DNA of 64,000 nucleotides. Origin: Oscillospiraceae bacterium (GTDB lineage: Bacteria > Bacillota > Clostridia > UBA1212 > UBA1255). Below the pieces are notes generated by a model. It was not told the DNA's origin, did not search any database, and worked only from the letters and a program-made list of their open reading frames with translations. This document shows positions 49,191 through 59,577 of the stretch, in pieces (the stretch's first letter is position 1; each line of letters opens with the position of its first letter). Made by a program: the position numbers and the translations under genes. The stretch covers positions 4,974 to 68,973 of the forward strand of contig SVJB01000006.1 in the NCBI GenBank assembly GCA_015069185.1, given 5' to 3'.

Positions 49191-50513
49191 TTAATTTTCC
49201 TTTTTCTTCTTAACAACAACTGATGAAATAGCTACGAAAGCAAGAGCGATAACACCAAAGTCGCCTGTTTCAGGACCTGCAGGTGTATCAGGATTTGATG
49301 GAACCTCTACTAATGCATCACTCAGTGTTCCCCAGTAATTTGTACCTTCACCAACGAAATCAATAACAAGCTTAGGAGTATGAGCTGTATAAATCTCACC
49401 ATCTTTGTAGCAATGAACATAAGGTGATGTACCATCAATTGACCATGTGCCTACTGCCTCGTTGGGGTCAGCAGATGTGTTCTCAAGAACAAGTACATAC
49501 TCACCTGCAGCTGCAGGAGTCTCAAGGGTAAGACCGATTGTTGCATTGTCAGGATAGTCAACATGTTCGTATTGAGCAATAGCATTACCTGCAATAGAAG
49601 CTTTGTATGAACCTGCCCACTTGTATAAAGTCCATGTAAGATTGCCCTTGCCTACAGGATCCTCGGGTGAATTCCAGCTTGGGCAAGGAATGCTAAGTTT
49701 ATTAAATGCTTCGCCTGTAGCAAACTGCATTGCAAATGTTCCACCAATCAGCATCGCAGCATGTGAATCTCCTGTAAAGGCACTAACAGAAGTAATCTTC
49801 TCTGCGGGAGAAGTTTTTTCAGGATATGTGATAGTAGCTTTTGTCACTTTAAGAAATGAATGAATCGTAGAGAAACCGATTGAACCAACTACCATATCCT
49901 TACAATTCTCAGCTTCGTAAACCACACTACCGTCAAGAGTAATTGTCAATTTGTTTTCTGTATCACTTGTATAATCATACGTATATACTAAATCGAAAAC
50001 ATGTCCATTTGCCTTTTGTTCGCTTGTCAAAGTATCTGAATCTAATTCTGTGGCAACATTATCCTTAACTGCGATAACCCTTACAACACTATCAGCAGAC
50101 TCAGGCCAACGCTTCATTTTAAGGAGCAATGAATCATACCATACCTGAGCATCAACTGCGCCCTCACCTGGATACTCAAATCCATCTGTCAGATTTGTAT
50201 CTGGCTTACCATTAAGCGCAAGATACACTTCCAGAGAATCCCAACCGTTTGATTGCACATCAGCATTTGTAACATCAGCAGAAAAAGACATCTCAACTTT
50301 AAATGACTTTGTACCATCAAAAATTTGCTCAGAATAAGCAGGCTTACATGCATTTGAGGCATTATTAACGCCAAAGAATTCTTCAGTTTCCTGATACCAC
50401 CATCCATGATATATCCACTTAATATCCTCTACTGTATCAGCAGCAGATACCGGAACAGCGAACATAGCAAATACAAAAGCCATTACTAAACATATTGTAA
50501 TAATTCGTTTCAT
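49191..50513 (-). CDS. Secreted surface protein: ConA-like domain, 'YKW' module, sortase-like anchor
   Basis: Signal peptide; FAMQF...TLYKW...PDNA...AGEYVL; tail GPETGDFG-TM-KKKKEN. Confidence 0.6.
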   Translation of the reverse strand: MKRIITICLVMAFVFAMFAVPVSAADTVEDIKWIYHGWWYQETEEFFGVNNASNACKPAYSEQIFDGTKSFKVEMSFSADVTNADVQSNGWDSLEVYLALNGKPDTNLTDGFEYPGEGAVDAQVWYDSLLLKMKRWPESADSVVRVIAVKDNVATELDSDTLTSEQKANGHVFDLVYTYDYTSDTENKLTITLDGSVVYEAENCKDMVVGSIGFSTIHSFLKVTKATITYPEKTSPAEKITSVSAFTGDSHAAMLIGGTFAMQFATGEAFNKLSIPCPSWNSPEDPVGKGNLTWTLYKWAGSYKASIAGNAIAQYEHVDYPDNATIGLTLETPAAAGEYVLVLENTSADPNEAVGTWSIDGTSPYVHCYKDGEIYTAHTPKLVIDFVGEGTNYWGTLSDALVEVPSNPDTPAGPETGDFGVIALAFVAISSVVVKKKKEN

Positions 50514-50652
50514 ACTTGTTTCCTCCATTTTCAAATTTGATATTTTTATTTTATATATTTATTTTCAAATAGTCCATTGACGATCATAACCATTATAATT
50601 GATATTTTTTCACATTCTTTACTTTTTGTTAAAACATCAAAGCGAAACAAAA

Positions 50653-50679
50653 ACACACCTAATATTATATCAGGTGTGT
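50653..50679 (-). terminator. glnA terminator
   Basis: ACACACCT...AGGTGTGT followed by a T-run on the minus strand. Confidence 0.6.
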
Positions 50680-50728
50680 CTTGTTTCTGTCATATGAAAT
50701 AAACTCTTACGAGCCGGCGCGCTTAATC

Positions 50729-52153
50729 TTACAGGTTGTAATATTTCTCGAACTCTACAGGATTAGGAATTGCAGCAATCTGTGCACATTCTGCGCGTTT
50801 TCTGCTAATAAAGTTCTTAATCAGATCCTCAGGGAATACTCCACCAGCTGTCAGGTACTCGTGATCTGCCTCTAATGCATCTAATGCGTCTTCTAAGCGT
50901 GTAGGTAAGCCCTGGAGCTTGCTCTTCTCCTCATCACTGAGTGTATATAAGTTCATATCATAAGGGCCCCAACCGTTTGCATGAGGATCAATCTTATTCT
51001 TAACACCATCAAGACCTGCCATGAGAATTGCAGCATAGCAGAAATACGGGTTGCAGGTTGCATCGGGGTTACGGAGCTCGAAGCGACGCTCTGTAGGTTG
51101 CTTTGCATATGCAGGTATACGGATTACTGCACTACGGTTAGAAGTAGCATATCCCACTGTTACAGGAGCCTCAAAGCCTGGAATCAAACGTTTAAATGAG
51201 TTTGTGCTTGGGTTTGTGATAGCGCAAAGAGAATTAATATGTTTGAGGAGTCCACCGATAAAATAGTGAGCGGTCTCGCTTAAATGCGCATATCCGTTAT
51301 CATCCGCAAAAACAGGTTCTCCATCCTTAAGAAGCAGCATATGTACGTGCATACCGCTACCGGCTTCACCAAATACAGGTTTGGGCATCAAGGTCGCACT
51401 CTTTCCGTATTTTGCTGCTGTGTTGTGAATAATGTATTTAATAATCATGGAAGCATCTGCCATCTTTGACATTTGACCAAGCTTTGGCTCGATCTCAAGC
51501 TGTCCTGCAGCTCCAACCTCAGGATGATGATACTTAACCGGAATACCTGCATTCTCAATATGCATACACATCTCACTTCTGCACTCGTAGCCTGTATCGA
51601 AGGGTTTTGCAATGTGGTAAGCCTTCTGCTTAGGAATAACATTACCGCTACCCTCTACAGAGCTATTCCAGTGAGCTTGATTTGCGTCGATAGACATACC
51701 TACTGTATGAGGCTGTACTTCCCACTCAACTCTGTCGAAGAGATAGAACTCAAACTCAGGCAGAATAAGCATTGTATCAGCAATACCTGTGTCCTTCATA
51801 TACTGCTCAGCTGCAAGTACAATGTTTCTCGGATACTGTGCCAGAGGACGGTTTGCAGGATGGTCAATAATCATTGCGTTACCTGTCATTGACAATGTAG
51901 GAATAGAACAGAAAGGATCAATCATAGCAGTATCCGGATCAGGAATAAATACCATATCACTTTTCTCTACAACTGCATATCCGTAATTTGATGCGTCAAA
52001 GCCAATACCATTTATCATTGTTTCTTCTGAAAAATGCTGTGCAGGTATTGTAACATGGCGGAATTGTCCGTTAATATCAACCATTTTAAAATCCACCATT
52101 TTAATATCATTTTCCTTTATAAGGTTCATTACTTTCTCAACGCTTTTGTTCAT
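50729..52153 (-). CDS. glnA: Glutamine synthetase type I
   Basis: PEFEFYLF, HHPEVG, MPKP...GSGMHVH, SFKRLIPGFEAP, NRSAVIRIP and ELRNPD. Confidence 0.96.
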   Translation of the reverse strand: MNKSVEKVMNLIKENDIKMVDFKMVDINGQFRHVTIPAQHFSEETMINGIGFDASNYGYAVVEKSDMVFIPDPDTAMIDPFCSIPTLSMTGNAMIIDHPANRPLAQYPRNIVLAAEQYMKDTGIADTMLILPEFEFYLFDRVEWEVQPHTVGMSIDANQAHWNSSVEGSGNVIPKQKAYHIAKPFDTGYECRSEMCMHIENAGIPVKYHHPEVGAAGQLEIEPKLGQMSKMADASMIIKYIIHNTAAKYGKSATLMPKPVFGEAGSGMHVHMLLLKDGEPVFADDNGYAHLSETAHYFIGGLLKHINSLCAITNPSTNSFKRLIPGFEAPVTVGYATSNRSAVIRIPAYAKQPTERRFELRNPDATCNPYFCYAAILMAGLDGVKNKIDPHANGWGPYDMNLYTLSDEEKSKLQGLPTRLEDALDALEADHEYLTAGGVFPEDLIKNFISRKRAECAQIAAIPNPVEFEKYYNL

Positions 52154-52208
52154 GCAAATGCTCCTTTTGTGTTTAGAATTATAACAGGGTTATTGTAATC
52201 TAAAAAGA

Positions 52209-52239
52209 GTCACTTAGCAATAGTTTGTTGCTAAGTGAC
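52209..52239 (-). terminator. Terminator of the ECF-serpin operon
   Basis: GTCACTTAGCAA...TTGCTAAGTGAC followed by TCTTTTT on the minus strand. Confidence 0.75.
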
Positions 52240-52279
52240 AGTGTGGTGATTTGTATATTTTTTTATAAGCTAAACTAAC

Positions 52280-52945
52280 TCATAGTTCTCTTTCTTCAAA
52301 CTCAAGACCCTCAATAAATCTCACAAATTCAGTTTTACTGACTTTATCAATCGCCCGCACTACAACATAATGCAAATCATTAAGTAAAGCCTTGGCACGA
52401 ATTGCCCCACCCTCACCTTCTATTGTCAGAAACAGAGAAGGAAGCATTTCATTATTAGTAAATATTTCTATTGTCTTCTGGGTGTTTTGTCCCCAACCTC
52501 TGGCTCTGTAGTAGTCAAAAATATCATCATTTTGCTTATCCATCGTATAATAAGTGTTATAAACCAGCACCTGATACATATTCTCATTATACTCAAACCA
52601 AAAACAAATACCCAGATCCTCGTATTTTGCTTCCGGATACAAGATAACAGCGCTATCTCTATTCGCCTCAGTATTTGCGACTATTGTTACATATCCATCT
52701 TCCCGAAACACCTCGATCATATATTGATATGCCTCATGATATTCTTCGTAATATATACTCATATCCGGTGATTTAATAAATGAAATCGTATCTTCTAATG
52801 AATCAAAATGTATGGGTTGTGGGGGAGGCGGGAAACCCCCACATGTAATATCATGTTGGGTTGCATCTGAGTGATTATCAACAGTTTGCCCACAAGCACT
52901 TAACAAAAGAACAGATAGAAGTATTAACACCATTATTTTCTTCAT
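52280..52945 (-). CDS. Hypothetical lipoprotein
   Basis: Lipobox LSAC; third gene of the ECF operon. Confidence 0.7.
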   Translation of the reverse strand: MKKIMVLILLSVLLLSACGQTVDNHSDATQHDITCGGFPPPPQPIHFDSLEDTISFIKSPDMSIYYEEYHEAYQYMIEVFREDGYVTIVANTEANRDSAVILYPEAKYEDLGICFWFEYNENMYQVLVYNTYYTMDKQNDDIFDYYRARGWGQNTQKTIEIFTNNEMLPSLFLTIEGEGGAIRAKALLNDLHYVVVRAIDKVSKTEFVRFIEGLEFEEREL

Positions 52946-52966
52946 ATAACTTCCTCAATACCTTTC

Positions 52967-54433
52967 TCAAACCTCATACACAACACCTGTGAAAAGCGGC
53001 GCTCCCACCGCCGAAGTAATAACAAACACGAACGGGCGATTCACTTTAAATTGCATAATACAGTCTGGTTCAGGGGGCGTACCATTATAAATATTCAAAA
53101 TTGTGTATGCGGCGCCCTCACAGCCCTCTTCATCTATAGATACACGGGCAGCATGCTTTATCTCATCAACATAAGCATCCTCCAAATCATATTCCACACT
53201 CAAATGTTCAAACACCTGTGTGATTCCTAATTTCTTAAGACCTGCAATCATATCTGTTTCGGAGGATACGTCAAACTTAGGCAGTGTAATATTCACAGTA
53301 TACTCACCTTTATTACCATAATTTTCCGGTGTGAAGGCAGCTTGCAAGAACTGCGCGTCACTTATCATACTATTAACTCCAATACCCTCATCAGGAAGAA
53401 AAATATTCATAGAACAATTATTTCCAAGAGGTATCTCCACAGCACTGAACTTATCCCCATAATAATAAACGACTTCTTCTTCAGAGTTCATAAAATCACA
53501 AATCATTTTATAATTATCATTATAGAAATATCCTTTTTTTGTATTTTCTTCTGAAAATGCAGACTCCCAACCGGCCCTAAAATACAATGTAGACAATAGA
53601 GCTATCATCGTCTCCGGTGTAGTTTTTATATTCTGCCCATACATATCAAGCTTTCCATTGGTTCTTTCATATATCCACTTGCGAATTGTATTATTCATTT
53701 TATCAGAACCCATCTCACCTGCAAAAACAGAAGCAAAGTAATTTTCCGTCAGATTATTTAGCATATCCCGGTCATAATCTGTAGAGTCATCTAACCACAG
53801 AGAATTTGATAATATGCTTGTAGTCACACCATCTCTATAATAATGAGCATTCCACATTATTTTACATCGCGCGCGTAATTCCTCAATACTACCTACATTT
53901 AGCAAATTTAAGATTTCTTCTTGACCCTCTGTATCACTTATTTCTGCAAGCATTGATAATGCAATATATACATTAATCGGGGAAAAAACTGTGTTTTCCT
54001 TTGCTTCACCTAAAAAAGTGTTCATTAGCTTAACAAGATAATCATTTATATCTATTTCCGCTTGCCTATACGGCCTAGTATAACTGAGTCTATCTTCAAA
54101 CCATTCTTTATAGGCCTCGTTCCCATTCTCACTCTCACCATATGCAACAAATTTTACTCTTGCAGGAAACGAGCTGTCTGCTAATGGCATGAATGTGTTG
54201 CCAAAATCAGGTTCACAGTGGATTGGCGTATCAGTGTTACCTGGTTTGAGTGGTAACTCATCACGACCTAACTCCCCCGCAAAAATAATTACAGATACTA
54301 ACACCACAACTGCAAAACAGGCTGCTACCACAAGCCATCTTTGTACACGAGATGGCTTCTTATCGTTTTTTGCTCTTTCTATAAGATCATCACCAATCAT
54401 TCCGATTGCGTCTTGTAATTTTTCATTTTTCAT
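52967..54433 (-). CDS. Membrane-anchored serpin with N-terminal anti-sigma-like domain
   Basis: MKNEKLQDAIGMIGDDLIERAK plus TM; NTVFSPINVYIALSML, LYFRAGW, LPKFDV, IDEEGCEGAAYT hinge and FKVNRPFVFVI. Confidence 0.88.
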   Translation of the reverse strand: MKNEKLQDAIGMIGDDLIERAKNDKKPSRVQRWLVVAACFAVVVLVSVIIFAGELGRDELPLKPGNTDTPIHCEPDFGNTFMPLADSSFPARVKFVAYGESENGNEAYKEWFEDRLSYTRPYRQAEIDINDYLVKLMNTFLGEAKENTVFSPINVYIALSMLAEISDTEGQEEILNLLNVGSIEELRARCKIMWNAHYYRDGVTTSILSNSLWLDDSTDYDRDMLNNLTENYFASVFAGEMGSDKMNNTIRKWIYERTNGKLDMYGQNIKTTPETMIALLSTLYFRAGWESAFSEENTKKGYFYNDNYKMICDFMNSEEEVVYYYGDKFSAVEIPLGNNCSMNIFLPDEGIGVNSMISDAQFLQAAFTPENYGNKGEYTVNITLPKFDVSSETDMIAGLKKLGITQVFEHLSVEYDLEDAYVDEIKHAARVSIDEEGCEGAAYTILNIYNGTPPEPDCIMQFKVNRPFVFVITSAVGAPLFTGVVYEV

Positions 54434-54987
54434 AATGTAACCCCTTCCTTTTCCAAGTACTTTGCCAGTTTCTTTCTTGTTCGCAGTAGCATCATTTTCA
54501 CTCTGCTCTCACCCATATTAAATTGAGTACAGATATCAGAAATGGAGTCATAATACCAATAACGGCAAACAAAAACGTTACATTCTGTTTGTGGAAGTCC
54601 ACGTAGGAATCTGTCGATAATCTCTGATAATTCCCAAGTTTGAATAATATCAGAATTTTCATCATCACATATGTAAAATTCAGAAAGTTCTTCTGTAACA
54701 GCAAACACACTGCCACCCCTTTTAGCTGCACTCTTATCACGTACTTTCTTAAGGGATAAATTTCTGACAATCTTTGCCAGATATGCCTTAAGATAATTAG
54801 GACGTTCAGGTGGTATATTATGCCAAACACTCAGATATGTATCCTGCAAGGTCTCTTCTATATCCATATCAGAATGTAAAATATTGCCTGCAATTTTATT
54901 TAAATACGTGCCATATTTATAAGCCAGTTCATGCACTGCTAGCTCATTTCTGTTCCAAAACAGTTCTATGATATTTTTATCTTCCAT
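54430..54987 (-). CDS. ECF-type sigma-70 factor
   Basis: DIEETLQDTYLSVWHNIPP, YLAKIVRNLSL, VFVCRYWY and VKMMLLRTRKKL; 4-bp overlap with the serpin gene. Confidence 0.92.
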   Translation of the reverse strand: MEDKNIIELFWNRNELAVHELAYKYGTYLNKIAGNILHSDMDIEETLQDTYLSVWHNIPPERPNYLKAYLAKIVRNLSLKKVRDKSAAKRGGSVFAVTEELSEFYICDDENSDIIQTWELSEIIDRFLRGLPQTECNVFVCRYWYYDSISDICTQFNMGESRVKMMLLRTRKKLAKYLEKEGVTL

Positions 54988-55060
54988 TTTCTGTCTCACC
55001 TCACATCAGTTGTTACCAAGAAACATGTCCCTCTACTAAATAAGTACCTAAAATTTACTG

Positions 55061-56158
55061 TTACGTCACAACTTTTTTCTTGTTTTTCACTGTTGCAATT
55101 ATAAAAATTATTATTGGCAATATAACCAACATCACAAATGTCACATAGCCTACCAGATTAAGCATTATTTCCAGCAGTTTTTCATTAGAATCCGCAATAT
55201 ACACAGTCAGGATAAGCAACAAAACACTGACAATATATATCATATAATCAGAAAGACGCTTTTTCTCTCCAATAACACGGCAAGCAAGCTTTGTAATACA
55301 GAATAACATAATTGCCACCCGTATGAAAAGAGCAAATATTATAAACGGGCTGAAAAAGCTCTCTACACGAGACAACGAAGATCCAAGATTAATAATATAA
55401 ATTATTTCAAAAGATGGATAGGAAAAAGACTTTATTAATGGGCCAAATACTGCGATTATACGTACTACTGATGCCACAATGAAAATCGTTGCAATAATTA
55501 TACCTTTTATATATGAGCCTTTCTTTATACCGCCTCTAACGTAAGGCGCGAACATAAGCAACATAAATATTTCTGAAAAAGGAACCGCAGTAATGAATAT
55601 TAAAGAATCAACATACGATTCTACCGGCTGCACCATTACTGGCATAAAATGGTTTTTATCCATATGAGGTAAGACACAAAGCAATAATACAGCTGACATA
55701 AATAGCAAGAAAAAGCAGCCGATTGCTCCGATATATGAAAAAAAGCCGGGACCGTTCTTAGCAGCATACAAGCAAACAATTGTGAAAACCACCGCTATGA
55801 TAATCCAATTCTGATCAGGCAGCAAATTGCTTGCCACAAATTGACCTGTTTGTCTTAAATTAATAGCACATATAAGCAGAAAAAAAGCTCCATATACAAG
55901 GCCAAATATCTTACCTATAACTCCGCCGAACACATGACATAAAATGGTTACAATGTCGCCTCCGGGATACAACTTTGTAAAGCCTGCATTAAGACATCCT
56001 ATAAGGATGCCTCCTATAGCGGCTACCATCATCATGATATACGTATCTCTACCGCCCTTTTGCAAGAAATACGTAATATACAAAAGAGTTCCCTGAAGGA
56101 AAAGGGCAACAATATATTTAAATTGTTTATTTGATATCTCAGCCTCTTTTATATCCAT
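55061..56158 (-). CDS. Spore germination receptor B subunit (GerAB/GerKB family)
   Basis: About ten TM segments, ISNKQF start, SRVESF; in an operon with A and C subunits. Confidence 0.85.
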   Translation of the reverse strand: MDIKEAEISNKQFKYIVALFLQGTLLYITYFLQKGGRDTYIMMMVAAIGGILIGCLNAGFTKLYPGGDIVTILCHVFGGVIGKIFGLVYGAFFLLICAINLRQTGQFVASNLLPDQNWIIIAVVFTIVCLYAAKNGPGFFSYIGAIGCFFLLFMSAVLLLCVLPHMDKNHFMPVMVQPVESYVDSLIFITAVPFSEIFMLLMFAPYVRGGIKKGSYIKGIIIATIFIVASVVRIIAVFGPLIKSFSYPSFEIIYIINLGSSLSRVESFFSPFIIFALFIRVAIMLFCITKLACRVIGEKKRLSDYMIYIVSVLLLILTVYIADSNEKLLEIMLNLVGYVTFVMLVILPIIIFIIATVKNKKKVVT

Positions 56159-57313
56159 TTATTTTTCACTTCCAAATATTGGTTCAATTAGCGATCCAGT
56201 CCGAATAATATTAGCATTAACTTTTATTTCGAAGGCAGCATGCTTATACAAGTCTTGCCAGTTATTTTTTACCAGTTCCCAACTTTTATATTTATGTCTG
56301 AAAAGATAATCACTTACGCCAAAAATATCACATCCATTTTCAAATGATTGCTCCAGCACATGTGACAATTGTTGTTTAATCAAATCTTCACAAGCTTTAT
56401 TTATTTCTTTTAGTTCCTGGGTGTTTTGTTCATCAGGCTTTACAACCTCTCCAAGATTGCCTTTTACATCTATATCAAATGTTATAACCAGCCTTTTCTT
56501 TTTATCCCCTTCAATTTTCGCCTTTAGTTCTGTACTACTACCTAAAATATCCACATTAACATTAGGAAGCATAATCTCTCCCTTATCAATCTTGCCTATG
56601 CCCCATAGGTAGCCACGAGTCTCATCACGGTTCATAACATACATAAGTTTGCCATTGCTAAACACGCCACTGCCGGTTACTTCAAATTGAACTTTTTCTG
56701 TTTCAGGATCCTCCTGACTAATACCAATAATTGGCATAACAGATGCCTTAAAGCAGGAATTAGATTCCATAGCAAACTGTAATAGCTCTAGCTTTGCGCA
56801 AGATGACATAGCCACTTGATTTTCCAATAAAATAGTCATTTCCTGAGAAGGAATACTTCCAAGATTTGTAGCCTTATCTAAAAGTTTCCATGCATCTATT
56901 TCAGTCATAACCATCGCAATATCATAGCGAGCCTCATCATCACGGAAAAAGTAATCCATATAATCAAAAATGCCATTTTCCGCGGCACTTCTGCCAATTA
57001 CTACAATCTGATTATGCGCAACATACAGCACTCTATTTGCCTCGTTATCAGCATTATCAACCGCCTCCAGCATATTTTTTCCTGCTTGCGTTATATTAAA
57101 GAATCGTTTTCCGCCTTCAAACTCCTCTGTTTTCACAATTTGTGTTGTGAAAAGCACGTTATCCTTACTACTGTCATAATCAATTCCTACGCCCAGTACA
57201 ATAGCAAGACTATCGAACTTCCGTTTATCAGCAGTGGGTGAACACCCCGTTACAATGAAAATTACAAACGTCAGAAAAAGCGCAAGCCATCTTTTCACCG
57301 ATTTATTTACCAT
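56159..57313 (-). CDS. Spore germination receptor C subunit lipoprotein
   Basis: Lipobox VTGC; AIVLGVGID, HNQIVVIG, DYFFRD and DIFG. Confidence 0.88.
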   Translation of the reverse strand: MVNKSVKRWLALFLTFVIFIVTGCSPTADKRKFDSLAIVLGVGIDYDSSKDNVLFTTQIVKTEEFEGGKRFFNITQAGKNMLEAVDNADNEANRVLYVAHNQIVVIGRSAAENGIFDYMDYFFRDDEARYDIAMVMTEIDAWKLLDKATNLGSIPSQEMTILLENQVAMSSCAKLELLQFAMESNSCFKASVMPIIGISQEDPETEKVQFEVTGSGVFSNGKLMYVMNRDETRGYLWGIGKIDKGEIMLPNVNVDILGSSTELKAKIEGDKKKRLVITFDIDVKGNLGEVVKPDEQNTQELKEINKACEDLIKQQLSHVLEQSFENGCDIFGVSDYLFRHKYKSWELVKNNWQDLYKHAAFEIKVNANIIRTGSLIEPIFGSEK

Positions 57314-57324
57314 AACAACACCAC

Positions 57325-58884
57325 CTATTCCCCCTCAGATGGTGGCACAGGTGTATCTACGCGCACTCTATTACCATCCGACATGCCGGACGGGCGTCTT
57401 ACCATGTACCACAGCGGCATACGCAGGAAAGAATCTTTTATATCACCAGGTTCAAAGTCGGCATATGGCGATAAATAAGGAAATCCAAAAGATGTTATGG
57501 ATACAAGATGGATCAGAACAACAATAAGACCTAATATCAATCCAAAAACTCCCATGAATCCGGTTACTATCAGAAGCCCCCATCTAAGAAGAGTCCCCTG
57601 CTCATGCAAAGGGTTCACAACATACCCAGTAACAGCTGTAAAGGCCACAACAATAACAATCGGTGCGCTTATAAGCCCTGCTGATACACAAGTCTCACCC
57701 ATAACTAAAGCGCCTACAATGCTTATTGTCTGCCCCATAGATTTAGGCATATGAATACCTGCCTCCTTAAGCAGTTCAAACACGCTAAGCAATAATACCG
57801 TCTCATGAAATGAATTGAAAGGTACGCCCGACCCAGCCTTTGCCATGCTGAACAAAAGCGATGTAGGTATTAATTCCTGGTGAAAAACAGTTAGTGCTAC
57901 AAAGGCAGCAGGAGTGATTATTGTGGCCAAAAAGGCCAGATATCTTATGATTCTAACAAAAGTAGCATAAAATGGTTTTGTGTAATAATCTTCTGCATTC
58001 TGGAAGGATTCCTGGAACAAAAATGGTGCCGTCAATGCTATAGGCGAGCCGTCAACCAATATACCTACCCTGCCTTCAAGTAACTTTGCCGCAAACACAT
58101 CAGGTTTCTGAGTGTTTCCCAAAGTAGCAAATATACTAAAAGGCCGATCTTCTATATATTGTTCGATATATCCGGAATCTAAAATCGCATCCGTGTTGAT
58201 GGAAGAAAGTCTCTTGCGAACTCTGTCTATCAGCTTATTATTCGCAATGCCTTCTATATAAACAATATTAATAATAGTCTTAGTCCTTCTGCCAATTTCT
58301 GCCTTTTCAAAGGCTAGTTTATTGTCTTTAATATACCTTCTTACTAAAGCAGTGTTAGTTCTAAGATGCTCTGTAAAGCTAGCATTAGGACCTCTCATAA
58401 CAACTTCATTAGAAGGCTGCTCTACCGAGCGCTTGGGATAACCTTTACTATCAATCACAATGGCAGCACTATATCCATCAATGAATAACACACTGCCGCC
58501 CTCCATTACAGAATTAATACATTTATCCATTTCAGGAATAACCTGTGCATCGCAAGCAACTAAAGACTCCTTGACGAAATCCTCTATTTTCCCCTTTGGA
58601 TTAACAGTTTTGTGCATTAACGGTCCAATAATATCCCGATTTACGTATATGCTGGAACACATACCATCTATGAAGGCAATCATAGCACTCACTGGAGCCT
58701 TTCCTTCACTGCCAATGAGAAACATACGAATACGCAAATCTGAGCTGAGACGCAATTTTTCATGCAGTATGCGCTCATTTTCCTCCAGATCCTTACTGAT
58801 ACTATTATCTTCTTGGGGAATATTATTTATATTATGATTAATTTTTTTAGATCGAATTAATTTAGTAAAAAGCTTTCTTAGCAA
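57325..58884 (-). CDS. Spore germination receptor A subunit
   Basis: RSVEQPSNE...RGP, LLEGRVGILVDGSP, ELLKEAG and ISIVGALVMG. Confidence 0.92.
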   Translation of the reverse strand: MLRKLFTKLIRSKKINHNINNIPQEDNSISKDLEENERILHEKLRLSSDLRIRMFLIGSEGKAPVSAMIAFIDGMCSSIYVNRDIIGPLMHKTVNPKGKIEDFVKESLVACDAQVIPEMDKCINSVMEGGSVLFIDGYSAAIVIDSKGYPKRSVEQPSNEVVMRGPNASFTEHLRTNTALVRRYIKDNKLAFEKAEIGRRTKTIINIVYIEGIANNKLIDRVRKRLSSINTDAILDSGYIEQYIEDRPFSIFATLGNTQKPDVFAAKLLEGRVGILVDGSPIALTAPFLFQESFQNAEDYYTKPFYATFVRIIRYLAFLATIITPAAFVALTVFHQELIPTSLLFSMAKAGSGVPFNSFHETVLLLSVFELLKEAGIHMPKSMGQTISIVGALVMGETCVSAGLISAPIVIVVAFTAVTGYVVNPLHEQGTLLRWGLLIVTGFMGVFGLILGLIVVLIHLVSITSFGFPYLSPYADFEPGDIKDSFLRMPLWYMVRRPSGMSDGNRVRVDTPVPPSEGE

Positions 58885-58922
58885 AACAATTTCTTCCTTC
58901 TTGGTTAGTTTTGTTTTGCTGA

Positions 58923-58952
58923 TAGTATGGCTTAATTAAACTGTAAAAATTC
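58923..58952 (-). promoter_or_regulatory. Forespore sigmaG-type promoter of the ger operon
   Basis: GAATT-N18-CATACTA versus the consensus GHATR-N18-CATACTA; overlaps the end of hisH. Confidence 0.6.
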
Positions 58953-59558
58953 ACGCAAAATTTTAAGTCCTGTATCGCCACTCTTTTCCGGATGGAATTG
59001 GCAAGCCATTACATTATCTTTTTGTATAGCCGATTGAAATTTAATTCCATACTCCGTCTCAGCACTAACAATCTCTGTTTGCGGAGTATCTAAATAAAAC
59101 GAATGAACAAAATATACATAGGGATTGGTATCAGGCTGGCGGAGAGCTTTGCTTATAATTGAATCTTCTTTGCAGTCAACCAAGCTATTCCAGCCTACAT
59201 GAGGTACCTTAAGTTTTCCTATATCACTACTGCGAAAGCCACGTATTTTTCCTTTAAAAACACCCAGTCCGGGAATGCCCGGGGACTCTTCACTTTCCTC
59301 AAAGAGCAATTGAAGCCCCAGACATATTCCAAGAAACGGTATTTTTTTATCAACAATGTCATAAATAACATTGCATAATTTGCAGTGTTTCATATTATCG
59401 ATTGCATCGCCAAAGGAACCAACGCCGGGCAGAATAACACGACCGGCGCCTTTTATTTCATCAGGATCTGATGTAATGTAGTATTCCTCTCCAAGAAATT
59501 TAAGAGCATTTGCCACACTACTTATATTCCCTGCTTTGTAATCAATAATACAAGTCAT
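58932..59558 (-). CDS. hisH: Imidazole glycerol phosphate synthase glutaminase subunit
   Basis: IIDYKAGN, LPGVGSF, LGICLGLQLL, VPHVGWN, YFVHS and QFHPEKSG. Confidence 0.92.
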   Translation of the reverse strand: MTCIIDYKAGNISSVANALKFLGEEYYITSDPDEIKGAGRVILPGVGSFGDAIDNMKHCKLCNVIYDIVDKKIPFLGICLGLQLLFEESEESPGIPGLGVFKGKIRGFRSSDIGKLKVPHVGWNSLVDCKEDSIISKALRQPDTNPYVYFVHSFYLDTPQTEIVSAETEYGIKFQSAIQKDNVMACQFHPEKSGDTGLKILREFLQFN

Positions 59559-59577
59559 TTTAATTACTTTCCTTTAA

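Noticed and set aside
52154-52279. GlnR/TnrA box or ANTAR hairpins upstream of glnA
   Set aside because: No TGTNA-N7-TNACA found; the one strong palindrome is better explained as the upstream operon's terminator
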